From a virus (lineage: Duplodnaviria; Heunggongvirae; Uroviricota; Caudoviricetes): a stretch of DNA of 40,336 nt. Position numbers and translations under genes: made by a program. Below are positions 19,513-28,559 of the stretch, piece after piece (positions within the stretch are counted from its first letter, which is position 1; every line of letters starts with the position of its first letter). Below the pieces are notes generated by a model that was given only the letters and a program-made list of their open reading frames with translations, had not been told where the DNA came from and searched no databases. Location of the stretch: IMG/VR virus record IMGVR_UViG_643348545_000005; one strand, 5' to 3'.

Positions 19513-20310
19513 TCAGTTTGTTTTGCGCGCGGCTTTTTTCTGGCTGGCAGCGCTTTTCTTTTTTGCGCTGCTCTTTTTCCCGCCGGTGGTGGTTTTCCTG
19601 CCCGTTGTGGATGCAGGCACCACCTGATTTCCGTCTGCCAGTTTCCTGACCGCGCGCTCCAGCGTGGCAATTTCACGCTTCACTCCCGAAGCCGGATTGA
19701 TCCGCATGGCTTCACGTAACAGGCTCAGCGACAGACGCAGATCATCGGGAGAGGAGGAGGCGCGGCGGGAAAATGCGCGTGCCTTGTGCAGTTTTGACCT
19801 GACCTGGTCCGGCATATCCTGCTCACTGACCAGGTGGTTCAGCTCATCAAGCATGGCGGTGTACACAGACAAATCCGCCTCGCTGTCCGTTGTGGCCTGC
19901 GTCAGAACGGCGTCAGTAATCTCTTCAGCCAGTACCGTGGCGGCGTCACGGCCAAAGTTATCCGGCAGCGCCAGACCATGGCGGATCACGTACTCCCCGA
20001 TACGCAGTGCCAGCGGGTAGTCACGGCAGTCAATGGCCCACACCATCATGGTGGTGATGACCTCATCCTGGCGTCCGCTGTCTCCTGCCAGGGTGCCTTC
20101 AATCCACCCTTCAAAGTCAGGCAACAGATGTTTTTTAAGCTCTGCCCTGGCGACGTTTGACTGAATACCCTTCAGCTGCATCTGTGCCAGCCTTAACTGG
20201 TGAAGGACCTGTTCATGTGCGGTTCTTTCCCGTTGTGTTTCCCGGGCGTTCATGGTCACCCGGTTGCGGGCCACCGCCTGTTGCACATAGCGTTGTGCCG
20301 GTGTCAGCAT
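19513..20310 (-). CDS. M: Terminase endonuclease (small) subunit M
   Basis: Similarity to P2 gpM; basic Lys-rich C-terminal tail. Confidence 0.85.
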   Translation of the reverse strand: MLTPAQRYVQQAVARNRVTMNARETQRERTAHEQVLHQLRLAQMQLKGIQSNVARAELKKHLLPDFEGWIEGTLAGDSGRQDEVITTMMVWAIDCRDYPLALRIGEYVIRHGLALPDNFGRDAATVLAEEITDAVLTQATTDSEADLSVYTAMLDELNHLVSEQDMPDQVRSKLHKARAFSRRASSSPDDLRLSLSLLREAMRINPASGVKREIATLERAVRKLADGNQVVPASTTGRKTTTGGKKSSAKKKSAASQKKAARKTN

Positions 20311-20350
20311 TTCTCAGCTCCTGTTAACGGGCGCGGCGCGCCCGTCCGGG

Positions 20351-21451
20351 TTATGCTTCGGGTTGCGGCTGTCCGCTTTCGGCGTTGTTGTCCGGATCTT
20401 CACCTGCGAAGGTGATCCCCTCAATCAGCGCGCATTTTCCGTAGTCTTCCACCACGTAGCAGTCATTCATGGACTGGTAAGTCGCGATACGGTTGTATTC
20501 CGGCTCCTCGCGAATGAAACGGCGCAGTGAGCCTTTCTGGAAGTAGATCGACAGGTTTTTCAGCGACGTGATGAGCATGGCGTCTTTCGGGAAGTACGGC
20601 GCAAGATACGTCTGAAGACCACCGACGGTACGGGACGCCACAATCAGCTGCCCGGCAACAAGCTCAGTGTTCGGGTTGGTGGTGCTGATGGCGTTAATCA
20701 TGGGAAGACGCAGTGTATTGAACAGATCCCGCCCCATCAGTACGACCAGATCCGGTGCGTCCTTATGCCATTCATCCAGCACGGATGAGCGGATGTCGTG
20801 CACCATGGCATCCGGGTTACCATAGTCACCTTTTGCCACCAGTTTGTTTTCATCATCGCGACGGGTCAGGGTCATCCCTTTAACCACGCGGGTGGCAGCC
20901 TTGTCGCGGATGTGTTTCAGCCAGCCCGGGTTGACGTCCTGCAGGAGAGGGTTGGTGGCACGATCGGAAATCAGCGCGTGTGACTCCCCGTTGAAACCAA
21001 TCATGATTCGATCCAGGGCTACCTGGCGGGTGATTTGCGCGCTCAGCAGTTGCTGAAAGTTTTTCTGGCTGCTCCATGCGTCAATCTGTGCGTAGCTGAT
21101 GAAGGTATCGTAGTTCACCTGCTCGCAGCGGTAACGGCGTGCATCCAGATCAGCAACTGATGCAGGATTGCGGCGTTTCACTCCGTCGCTCGTTGCGTTC
21201 GTGCTGGCAATGGGGCCGCTGGTGTCAATCAGGACTTTTTCACCTTCCTGGTCATCCACACCGATAAAATTGATTTCCTGTAACAGTCCGGCGCTTTCCT
21301 TGATGGCGTTCTCCATCTTCTGCTGAATGGATGGATCCACGCTGAAGGTTTTACCCAGGCGCTCTGTTGTGATACCAGCCAGCGATGCCTGCTGAATCAT
21401 ATAGCGTTCCAGACTGTCACGTCCTTCACGGGAAAGGGATAAACGGGCCAT
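20351..21451 (-). CDS. N: Major capsid protein N
   Basis: Similarity to P2 gpN throughout (MLQDV..GWL, DPDLVV, NLSIY, YVVEDY). Confidence 0.9.
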   Translation of the reverse strand: MARLSLSREGRDSLERYMIQQASLAGITTERLGKTFSVDPSIQQKMENAIKESAGLLQEINFIGVDDQEGEKVLIDTSGPIASTNATSDGVKRRNPASVADLDARRYRCEQVNYDTFISYAQIDAWSSQKNFQQLLSAQITRQVALDRIMIGFNGESHALISDRATNPLLQDVNPGWLKHIRDKAATRVVKGMTLTRRDDENKLVAKGDYGNPDAMVHDIRSSVLDEWHKDAPDLVVLMGRDLFNTLRLPMINAISTTNPNTELVAGQLIVASRTVGGLQTYLAPYFPKDAMLITSLKNLSIYFQKGSLRRFIREEPEYNRIATYQSMNDCYVVEDYGKCALIEGITFAGEDPDNNAESGQPQPEA

Positions 21452-21468
21452 AAATTACTCTTCTCCTG

Positions 21469-22305
21469 TCAGAATTCAGCCAGTGTCTGGTCAGTGCCGC
21501 CAGCGGAAGTAAAACGCTGCTGTGGATCGGCATCCTGGTTTCTCAGTTGCGCTTTCAGTGCTGCAAGCTCGAGACTGAGCTCATCCAGCGCCGTTTTGTC
21601 GAGGGCATGTTTCTGCTCCAGAGTGCTGAAACGGTCGATAAGATCTGCATGATCGGATGCGATGTTTTCCACAACGTCGCGCAGCTGGCTGAACTGCTCG
21701 CCATCCGCTGTGCGTGTTTTGCTGATGAGTGCCATGACGCGGCTGAACCACTGACGGCTCTCTTCCGTTCGCTGTTCTGTGGTGGTAAGCATCTCTGCTT
21801 CCATGGCGACGGTGAACATGGAGGGTTCTGTTGTGCACTTACTGAACTGCATGATGCTGGCGCGTTGCTGTGCGGCAAACTTCAGGCGTTCAGTGCCCAG
21901 ACTTGCTGGCGTGTCGGTCATTGCCAGACCCACAATGTAAGGCCCCTTGACGGCGTCCAGCTCAGGCAACACCTCAATGCTCGAATACACTTTTTTCCCG
22001 TCAGCAATCATGTTTTTCATGCGGTCGGTGGGTTCAATTTCGGCATATAACGCTGTACGCCCTGCCAGTTTCCCTTCGGTGATTTCATCAGTTGACAGAG
22101 CGATCAGATCACCCACTGCGCAGAGTTCACTGGATGGCCACATCGAAAGGACGTGCTCAATGTTCACCCGGGAGGCGTAAACGGACGGGTCATAGTTTTC
22201 TGCGGCCTGACGCAGCATTTCACCAGAAATTTCACGTCCGTCGATGGTTGAACCGGAAACGGCAACGCGAAATTTTTTGCGCTCTGGCGTGTTTTTGCTT
22301 CCCAT
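21469..22305 (-). CDS. O: Capsid scaffolding protein O
   Basis: Similarity to P2 gpO (FRVAVSG...DGR.IS). Start set at the ATG at 22305 with a GGAG RBS; the track ORF starts slightly upstream. Confidence 0.85.
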   Translation of the reverse strand: MGSKNTPERKKFRVAVSGSTIDGREISGEMLRQAAENYDPSVYASRVNIEHVLSMWPSSELCAVGDLIALSTDEITEGKLAGRTALYAEIEPTDRMKNMIADGKKVYSSIEVLPELDAVKGPYIVGLAMTDTPASLGTERLKFAAQQRASIMQFSKCTTEPSMFTVAMEAEMLTTTEQRTEESRQWFSRVMALISKTRTADGEQFSQLRDVVENIASDHADLIDRFSTLEQKHALDKTALDELSLELAALKAQLRNQDADPQQRFTSAGGTDQTLAEF

Positions 22306-22377
22306 GGAAATTCTCCATAACCTGGTCGTTTTTCCCATGATGGCGGTAGAGAACGGTGTGTCTCAAGGTGCTTAAGT

Positions 22378-22395
22378 TGTATGGCGACGGGGACA
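22378..22395. promoter_or_regulatory. Candidate Ogr-type late promoter element (TGT-N12-ACA) in the divergent O/P intergenic region
   Basis: TGTatggcgacggggACA about 65 bp upstream of the P start; P2 late promoters carry a TGT-N12-ACA dyad near -55. Confidence 0.35.
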
Positions 22396-22460
22396 ACGCG
22401 GGCAGGTATCAGGCGGTATTGCTGAGGCTTAATCTTGCCCTGTTAATGTCAGGGGGTGCA

Positions 22461-24194
22461 ATGATCCAGGATGTCTTTATTCGTATGCGGGCGAAACAGC
22501 TTTACTGGCAGGGGTATACCCCGGCGGATATCGCTCAGCTGATGGGAATAAACCAGAACACGGTTTATTCGTGGAAAAAACGCGATGAGTGGGATGCAAC
22601 TCCCCCGATCCAGCGGGTCACCCAGTCCATTGATGCACGCCTGATACAGCTCACCGCCAAACCGGATAAAAGCGGCGGTGACTTTAAGGAAATTGACCTG
22701 CTGACGCGCCAGCTGAAAAAACTGAATGACGGTCAGGGAGAACAGGCTGTTTCCGGTAAGAAGCCCCGCAGGCGCAAACTGAAAAATCACTTCACCGAAG
22801 AGCAGATTGTCGCACTCAGGGAAAAAATCCTGCCGTCACTGGCCTGGCATCAGCGCGAATGGTACGACAACCGCCATCACCGCAACCGCATGATCCTGAA
22901 GTCGCGTCAGATTGGTGCGACCTGGTATTTTGCGCGCGAAGCACTCCTTGATGCACTGCGTGATGATGTCTCCGCCGGGTACCAGCGCAACCAGATATTT
23001 TTGTCCGCATCCCGTCGCCAGGCATATCAGTTCAAACACTTTATTCAGCAGGCGGCGCTGGAAGTTGATGTCGAACTGAAAGGGGGGGACAAGATTGTTT
23101 TGTCTAACGGTGCAGAGCTTCACTTCCTTGGCACATCGGCAGCAACCGCTCAGTCGTATACCGGACACCTTAAATTTGATGAATTTTTTTGGGTCAGTAA
23201 CTTTGTGGAACTCAGGAAGGTTGCTGGGGCAATGGCGACACTGGAAGGGCTTACGCGAACCTACTTTTCAACACCGTCAGGTGAAACACATGAGGCGTAT
23301 CAGTTCTGGACGGGGGACCGCTGGAACAGCGAACAGCCACGCTCAAAACGCAGTGAGTTTGATGTTTCACATGCGCATCTGAAGGGGGGCGTGCTCTTTC
23401 CTGACGAAACATGGCGGCAGATTGTCACTATTGAGGATGCTGTCGCTAACGGATGGCGGTACACCAATATTGGTGTTATTCGCAGCGAAAATACAGAAAG
23501 TGAATTTCGTAATCTGTACATGTGCGAATTTGTCCGTGATGGTGAGGCAGCCTTCAGCCTGAGTGCGCTCACCGGCTGCGGTGTTGACGGCTATGACGAA
23601 TGGCCTGACTGGAAACCTTTTGCTGCCCGCCCTATGGGGGTGAGGGAGGTCTGGCTTGGGTATGACGCCAACGGCAGCAGCGGGAAGGGGGACTGCGGGG
23701 CACTGTCGGTGTGCGTGCCGCCCCTTGTTGCCGGTGGGCGTTTTCGCACGGTGGAAACTGTCAGGGTTCAGGGGATGGAGTTTGAACAGCAGGCCGCACT
23801 GATTGAGGAATACACCCAAAAATATAACGTGAAACATATCGGCATTGATGTGACCGGCGGGAACGGGGAGGGGGTTTATCAGATTGTGAAAAAGTTTTTC
23901 CCGATGGCCGTACCGTACAACTTCAATATCGCCTCCAAGCGGGCACTGGTCATGAAAATGCTTCAGGTGGTGCGTGCCGGACGCTGGGAGTATGACCGCA
24001 GTGAACGTGACCTGATCCAGGCATTCGCATCGGTGCGAAAAATACAGACACCCGGCGGCTATATCACCTACGACACCGACCGCTCCCGTGGCGTCAGCCA
24101 TGGTGACCTCGCCTGGGCAACCATGCTTGCTGTTATCAATGAGCCAATTGGTGCGGAGCGTGAGGATAATCGCGGCTTTGCAATGGAGTTCTGA
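22461..24194 (+). CDS. P: Terminase ATPase (large) subunit P
   Basis: Similarity to P2 gpP. Start set at the ATG at 22461 preceded by a GGGGG RBS. Confidence 0.9.
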   Translation: MIQDVFIRMRAKQLYWQGYTPADIAQLMGINQNTVYSWKKRDEWDATPPIQRVTQSIDARLIQLTAKPDKSGGDFKEIDLLTRQLKKLNDGQGEQAVSGKKPRRRKLKNHFTEEQIVALREKILPSLAWHQREWYDNRHHRNRMILKSRQIGATWYFAREALLDALRDDVSAGYQRNQIFLSASRRQAYQFKHFIQQAALEVDVELKGGDKIVLSNGAELHFLGTSAATAQSYTGHLKFDEFFWVSNFVELRKVAGAMATLEGLTRTYFSTPSGETHEAYQFWTGDRWNSEQPRSKRSEFDVSHAHLKGGVLFPDETWRQIVTIEDAVANGWRYTNIGVIRSENTESEFRNLYMCEFVRDGEAAFSLSALTGCGVDGYDEWPDWKPFAARPMGVREVWLGYDANGSSGKGDCGALSVCVPPLVAGGRFRTVETVRVQGMEFEQQAALIEEYTQKYNVKHIGIDVTGGNGEGVYQIVKKFFPMAVPYNFNIASKRALVMKMLQVVRAGRWEYDRSERDLIQAFASVRKIQTPGGYITYDTDRSRGVSHGDLAWATMLAVINEPIGAEREDNRGFAMEF

Positions 24195-24199
24195 ACACA

Positions 24200-25242
24200 A
24201 TGAGTAAACGCAAAAATACACCGGAAAGCGGGGGCAGGATTCGCTACACGATGCACTGAAATCAACGCCTGCACTCAGCGCATTCACCTTTGATGGGCCC
24301 TATGAAGTCAGCCGCATGGATCTCCTGGATAACATGTCATGTGCAGATAACGGGCGCTACTTTGATACCCCCATGGACTGGAACGCTATCGCCCGTGCAT
24401 CCCGTCGTGCGTCCTGGCATCAGTCGGCTTTGTACTTCAAGCGCAACGCCCTGAACGGGTGCTTTGTTCCTCACCCTCTGCTGTCCCGCCAGGCGTTTTC
24501 AGCGTTTGCGCTCGACTGGTTTGTGTTTGGTAATGCCTATCTTGAAGTGCGGCGTAACAGGCTGGGGGAACCACTCCTGCTTCGCCCGGCACTGGCAAAA
24601 TATACACGCAGGGGAAGTGACCTGGATACCTACTGGTATCTCAACGACGACGGTACGGAGTTCAGTTTCAGGAAAGGGACTGTGTGCCACGTGCTTAATC
24701 CTGATATTAATCAGGAGATCTACGGGATGCCGGAATATATCGGCGGGTTGCTGTCTGTCAGCCTGTCAAACTCAGCGGATACATTCCGCAAACTCTACTA
24801 CGATAACGGCTCGCATGCCGGGTGTATTATCTATGTAGGCACATCTCAGGCGAATGCGGAAAGTGTCGAGGCCATTAAAAAAACGCTTACGGATTCCCGT
24901 GGTCGCGGGGCGTTTAAAAACCTGTTTCTACATGCACCGGGTGGTGGCAAGGATGGTGTGCAAATACTGCCGTTCCAGCAGATAACCGCAAAGGATGAAT
25001 TCCTGAACATCAAGGGGAGCGCCCGCGACGATATCCTTGCTGCCCATCGTGTACCACCTCAACTGATGGGGGCAATGCCTGACGGGAATGCGGCGTTTGG
25101 TGACGTTGAAAAAGCGGCGAGAGTGTTTTTCATCAACGAGTTGCAACCTGTCATGGAGGCCATGAAGCATGTCAATGAATGGCTTGGCGTTGAGGTGATG
25201 CGCTTTAACCCCTATGCCCTGCTTCTGGATAACGCCAGCTGA
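24200..25242 (+). CDS. Q: Portal protein Q; apparent frameshift near the 5-prime end (possible pseudogene or sequencing error)
   Basis: ATG at 24200 (5 nt after the P stop) encodes MSKRKNTPESGG... and hits a stop at 24257-24259; the portal-like remainder is in another frame that is open from 24208 (first in-frame ATG at 24316). The frames meet at a G5 run at 24230-24235. Confidence 0.6.
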
Positions 25243-25269
25243 CGCGCTTCGCTTGTCTGCTGCTTCGCC

Positions 25270-25292
25270 GGGGCATAAAAAATTTATGCCCC
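25270..25292. terminator. Bidirectional hairpin terminator between convergent Q and the 167-aa gene
   Basis: Perfect 10-bp stem ggggcataaa/tttatgcccc with a 3-nt loop. Confidence 0.5.
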
Positions 25293-25307
25293 GACTCTCC
25301 AGCTCTC

Positions 25308-25811
25308 TTAACGGAATGCGGATGGCGTTCTTCTTTGCAGCTTGCTGATAATATGCATCTTCATACTGTTTACTATCGGCAGCCATTCCCTGTCACCGTC
25401 TCCGTTGATGACCACGCGAATGGAGGTATCATCTTCCACGCGAACCCGAAGAGATACACCGTCTTTTCCGACGGAATGTAACTCCATTGCCAGGACTATG
25501 TTTACCGACTCTCCTTCATCGTGTGAGTCAACCCATGTTCTTACAGCCATCCGGAATATGTTATCTGTGTCGGTTGCAATCATATTTACCGGAAATGGCC
25601 TGAAGTCCCGATCGTTTCTGCACGGAAACCCCGTATCAACGTAACGATGATGCTCGCCGTCTTTGTCTTCCCATGTCTCTGAAGGCAATTCCAGCCACTG
25701 CTCATAAAAAGCAACCAGCTTTTCAGCCTGATTGCGCAGAATCCCTGTAACCTCCCGCCTCGCGTCCCGGCTCTTTTTGTTTGCCAGGTACAAATCGCGA
25801 AAATGGCTCAT
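25308..25811 (-). CDS. Hypothetical protein (167 aa), cargo gene at the portal/cos side
   Basis: Clean ORF with ordinary codon composition; no family I can recognise; lies in the variable region of P2-like phages. Confidence 0.5.
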   Translation of the reverse strand: MSHFRDLYLANKKSRDARREVTGILRNQAEKLVAFYEQWLELPSETWEDKDGEHHRYVDTGFPCRNDRDFRPFPVNMIATDTDNIFRMAVRTWVDSHDEGESVNIVLAMELHSVGKDGVSLRVRVEDDTSIRVVINGDGDREWLPIVNSMKMHIISKLQRRTPSAFR

Positions 25812-26356
25812 GTCGCTCTCCTTTGGTCTGTTTATGCCAGCCTGTATTCTGCGCTCACCTCATATTGTGCGCAAGTTTTCACCCGTGAATGACTGATACT
25901 TTAAATTCTATTAACTTTATGATTTCAGTGATTTTTGTCTCTCTTTTTTATCCCGTTCGTCACGTCCGTTTCCCTCCCGATCTCCGACCTCGCCAGACGC
26001 AATCAGACGCATTCTGACGGCCTGTTTCCCTGACCATGTTTTGATGTGGTTTTTCAAAACTGACTTTACTGCGTGCGTATCACGCGCCATACGACCCCAA
26101 ATAAAGCAACCCGCCTTCCATCCCTCAATTCGGGCGCCCTTCCCTCGTCGCCTGCGCGCTGCAATTGCCTCGTTTTTCGTGCACCGTGCAAACCGGCCTC
26201 AGCCAGCGCCGTTACTGGGCTGAATGGGGATGAAACACATAAGAAAAATTGTGCAATTTCGTGCGCTTTTGTGCATTTTTTATCTTGCGATTTTTGGGGG
26301 TGGGTGGTGATGATAATCATCTGTCTGAATCAGTGGTGTATTGCCGGGTGAGAACT

Positions 26357-26893
26357 GTGAAAAATTACTCATATCCTTATTTAACTTTTGTCACGCTTTC
26401 TGTTTTGGGGGGGATTTTTCTTTTTATTTGGTGGCGAAACGATGTTTACAGAATTACCTACCTTTATTCGTTCACGACAAACTGCCTTGTTTCAGTGTCT
26501 GTGGTGCTTTCGGTTTTTGTCTCACTGTGCCTGTTGAAAAAGAACCTGGTTGATCGGTCTAAATTTACCGGGGTTACATCGTATCTTAAGTTTTTTTCGG
26601 GTATGTGCCTTCTTACCTGGATGATTCTGTTTACCCTCCTGGTTACGCTGATATATTTTCTTCCGGGTGAAGATTCATTCTATTCCGCTCCCTATGAGTA
26701 CAGTCGCGGTAGCTCAAAAAGTTGTTCAGGGGCATTTGTTGATGATCCTGATTTGCAAAAAACAATCTTTATTTGCTACCCATACGGTGACTATCAGGAT
26801 GGTAATGTGATTTATGTGAAGAAGCGTGTGAATGCGCTGGGTGCGGTGGTCACCTATGCATACGCGACAAGCGGCCGATTTCGGTTTGACTGA
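26357..26893 (+). CDS. Hypothetical AT-rich membrane protein (about 3 TM helices plus a roughly 85-aa soluble C-terminal domain)
   Basis: ORF in an AT-rich island; hydrophobic segments; start uncertain (GTG at 26357 with a GGGTGAG RBS, or the internal ATG near 26599). Confidence 0.35.
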   Translation: MKNYSYPYLTFVTLSVLGGIFLFIWWRNDVYRITYLYSFTTNCLVSVSVVLSVFVSLCLLKKNLVDRSKFTGVTSYLKFFSGMCLLTWMILFTLLVTLIYFLPGEDSFYSAPYEYSRGSSKSCSGAFVDDPDLQKTIFICYPYGDYQDGNVIYVKKRVNALGAVVTYAYATSGRFRFD

Positions 26894-26942
26894 AAAAAGA
26901 AATCCTGTGTTACCCTCGCTGCTGAGGGTAACATGCGTGAAG

Positions 26943-27198
26943 TCATCGCCCGGTTCTTGAGCTGATAATGCTTTGCGTCAGCAGCTGCCAGCCCTCTTTC
27001 TGTTGCCCGTACTTGTCCTGATACCTGTTTACCTGCAAGTTTCCGTGCACCAGAATCAGATCGCCTTTTCTGTGTTTTGCCAGTTCTTCGTGCTGCTTCC
27101 CGAATGAAATAAGGTAAAGCCACATTGTGGTTGGCTGTTCTGCGCCATGGCAGGGTAGTGATACCGCCAGTTGTGCCGTTGTGACGTTTGAGGTAGCC
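26943..27198 (-). pseudogene. SSB-like OB-fold protein gene, 3-prime portion (interrupted by the IS)
   Basis: Translation ...TSNVTTAQLAVSLPCHGAEQPTTMWLYLISFGKQHEELAKHRKGDLILVHGNLQVNRYQDKYGQQKEGW aligns with the SSB core (W..V.LFGK...RKG..V.I.G.L..R.W.D..GQ); the frame runs up to the IS left end. Confidence 0.45.
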
Positions 27199-27252
27199 TG
27201 AGTTTAACGGACACTCCTTCCTGAAATAGAATGGCATCAGAAGGAGCTAATA

Positions 27253-27555
27253 ATGAGCAGAAAAACCCAACGTTACTCTAAAGAGTTCAAAGCCGAAGCT
27301 GTCAGAACGGTTCTTGAAAATCAACTTTCGATCAGTGAAGGCGCTTCCCGATTATCTCTTCCTGAAGGCACTTTAGGACAATGGGTTACCGCCGCCAGAA
27401 AAGGGCTCGGTACTCCTGGTTCCCGCACGGTGGCTGAACTGGAATCTGAAATTCTGCAACTGCGTAAGGCGTTAAATGAAGCTCGCCTTGAGCGAGATAT
27501 ATTAAAAAAAGCAACAGCGTATTTTGCACAGGAGTCGCTGAAAAATACGCGTTAA
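27253..27555 (+). CDS. IS3-family transposase OrfA (HTH)
   Basis: 100-aa ORF with the typical IS3-family OrfA leucine-zipper end (...LERDILKKATAYFAQESLKNTR). Confidence 0.85.
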   Translation: MSRKTQRYSKEFKAEAVRTVLENQLSISEGASRLSLPEGTLGQWVTAARKGLGTPGSRTVAELESEILQLRKALNEARLERDILKKATAYFAQESLKNTR

Positions 27556-28409
27556 TCGAACAATGGCGACAACAATTTCCCATTGAAGCGATGTGTCAGG
27601 TATTTGGTGTATCCAGGAGCGGTTATTACAACTGGGTACAGCATGAACCCTCAGACATAAAACAAAGTGATGAGCGGCTAAAACTGGAGATTAAGGTGGC
27701 ACATATCCGCACTCGCGAAACATATGGAACCCGGCGGCTCCAGACGGAGCTGGCAGAGAATGGCATCATCGTTGGTCGTGACCGACTGGCACGTCTTCGT
27801 AAGGAGCTAAGGCTACGCTGTAAGCAGAAACGCAAGTTCAGAGCGACTACGAACTCGAACCACAATCTGCCAGTTGCGCCAAATCTGCTGAACCAGACGT
27901 TCGCTCCTACAGCACCAAATCAGGTCTGGGTGGCGGACCTGACGTATGTTGCCACACAGGAGGGATGGTTGTACCTCGCTGGCATCAAAGATGTTTATAC
28001 GTGCGAAATTGTCGGCTACGCCATGGGAGAGCGCATGACAAAAGAGCTGACAGGTAAAGCCCTGTTTATGGCGCTCAGGAGCCAGCGCCCACCTGCCGGG
28101 CTAATCCACCACTCTGATCGAGGTTCACAGTACTGCGCATACGATTACCGGGTCATACAGGAGCAGTTTGGTCTGAAAACATCAATGTCGCGTAAAGGTA
28201 ACTGTTACGACAACGCTCCGATGGAAAGCTTCTGGGGAACGCTGAAAAATGAGAGCCTGAGCCACTATCGTTTTAATAACCGGGATGAAGCCATCTCAGT
28301 AATACGGGAATACATTGAGATTTTCTACAATCGTCAGCGTCGTCACTCTCGTCTGGGGAATATCTCCCCGGCAGCCTTCAGGGAAAAATATCATCAGATG
28401 GCTGCTTAA
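27504..28409 (+). CDS. IS3-family transposase OrfB (DDE catalytic domain), expressed as an OrfAB fusion by -1 frameshift at A AAA AAA G (27504-27511)
   Basis: The -1 frame is open from the slippery site and encodes an rve-type integrase core (...VADLTYV...HHSDRGSQY...NAPMESFWGTLKNE...). Confidence 0.8.
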   Translation, partial: KKSNSVFCTGVAEKYALIEQWRQQFPIEAMCQVFGVSRSGYYNWVQHEPSDIKQSDERLKLEIKVAHIRTRETYGTRRLQTELAENGIIVGRDRLARLRKELRLRCKQKRKFRATTNSNHNLPVAPNLLNQTFAPTAPNQVWVADLTYVATQEGWLYLAGIKDVYTCEIVGYAMGERMTKELTGKALFMALRSQRPPAGLIHHSDRGSQYCAYDYRVIQEQFGLKTSMSRKGNCYDNAPMESFWGTLKNESLSHYRFNNRDEAISVIREYIEIFYNRQRRHSRLGNISPAAFREKYHQMAA

Positions 28410-28442
28410 AAAAAGAACAAATGGTAGTGTCCGCTATTGCCA

Positions 28443-28527
28443 GTACACCTCAGTTGGTTCCTTTGGTTGTTCTCCTTGTGTTCGGGTCTGCTGCCAGTCG
28501 TCCCTCTGTTGCAACCTGTGTTGGCAT
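28443..28527 (-). pseudogene. SSB-like gene, 5-prime fragment on the other side of the IS
   Basis: ATG at 28527 with a GGGAGA RBS encodes MPTQVATEGRLAADPNTRRTTKGTN, matching the SSB N-terminal GNLGQDPEVRYMPNG signature; the frame does not join cleanly to the 3-prime part. Confidence 0.35.
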
Positions 28528-28559
28528 ATTTGTCTCCCGTGTTGGTTTTATTGTTGGGG

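Larger units (their letters stand above)
27199..28442 (+). mobile_element. IS3-family insertion sequence (IS600-like), about 1244 bp
   Basis: Imperfect terminal inverted repeats starting TG...CA (TGAGTTTAACGGACACT at the left, reverse-complement TGGCAATAGCGGACACT at the right); orfA and orfB with an A7 slippery site; no clean 3-bp target duplication (gcc versus gta). Confidence 0.8.

Noticed and set aside
23367-24287. Minus-strand ORF (306 aa) opposite terminase P
   Set aside because: Antisense to a strongly supported gene; no RBS; low-complexity translation.
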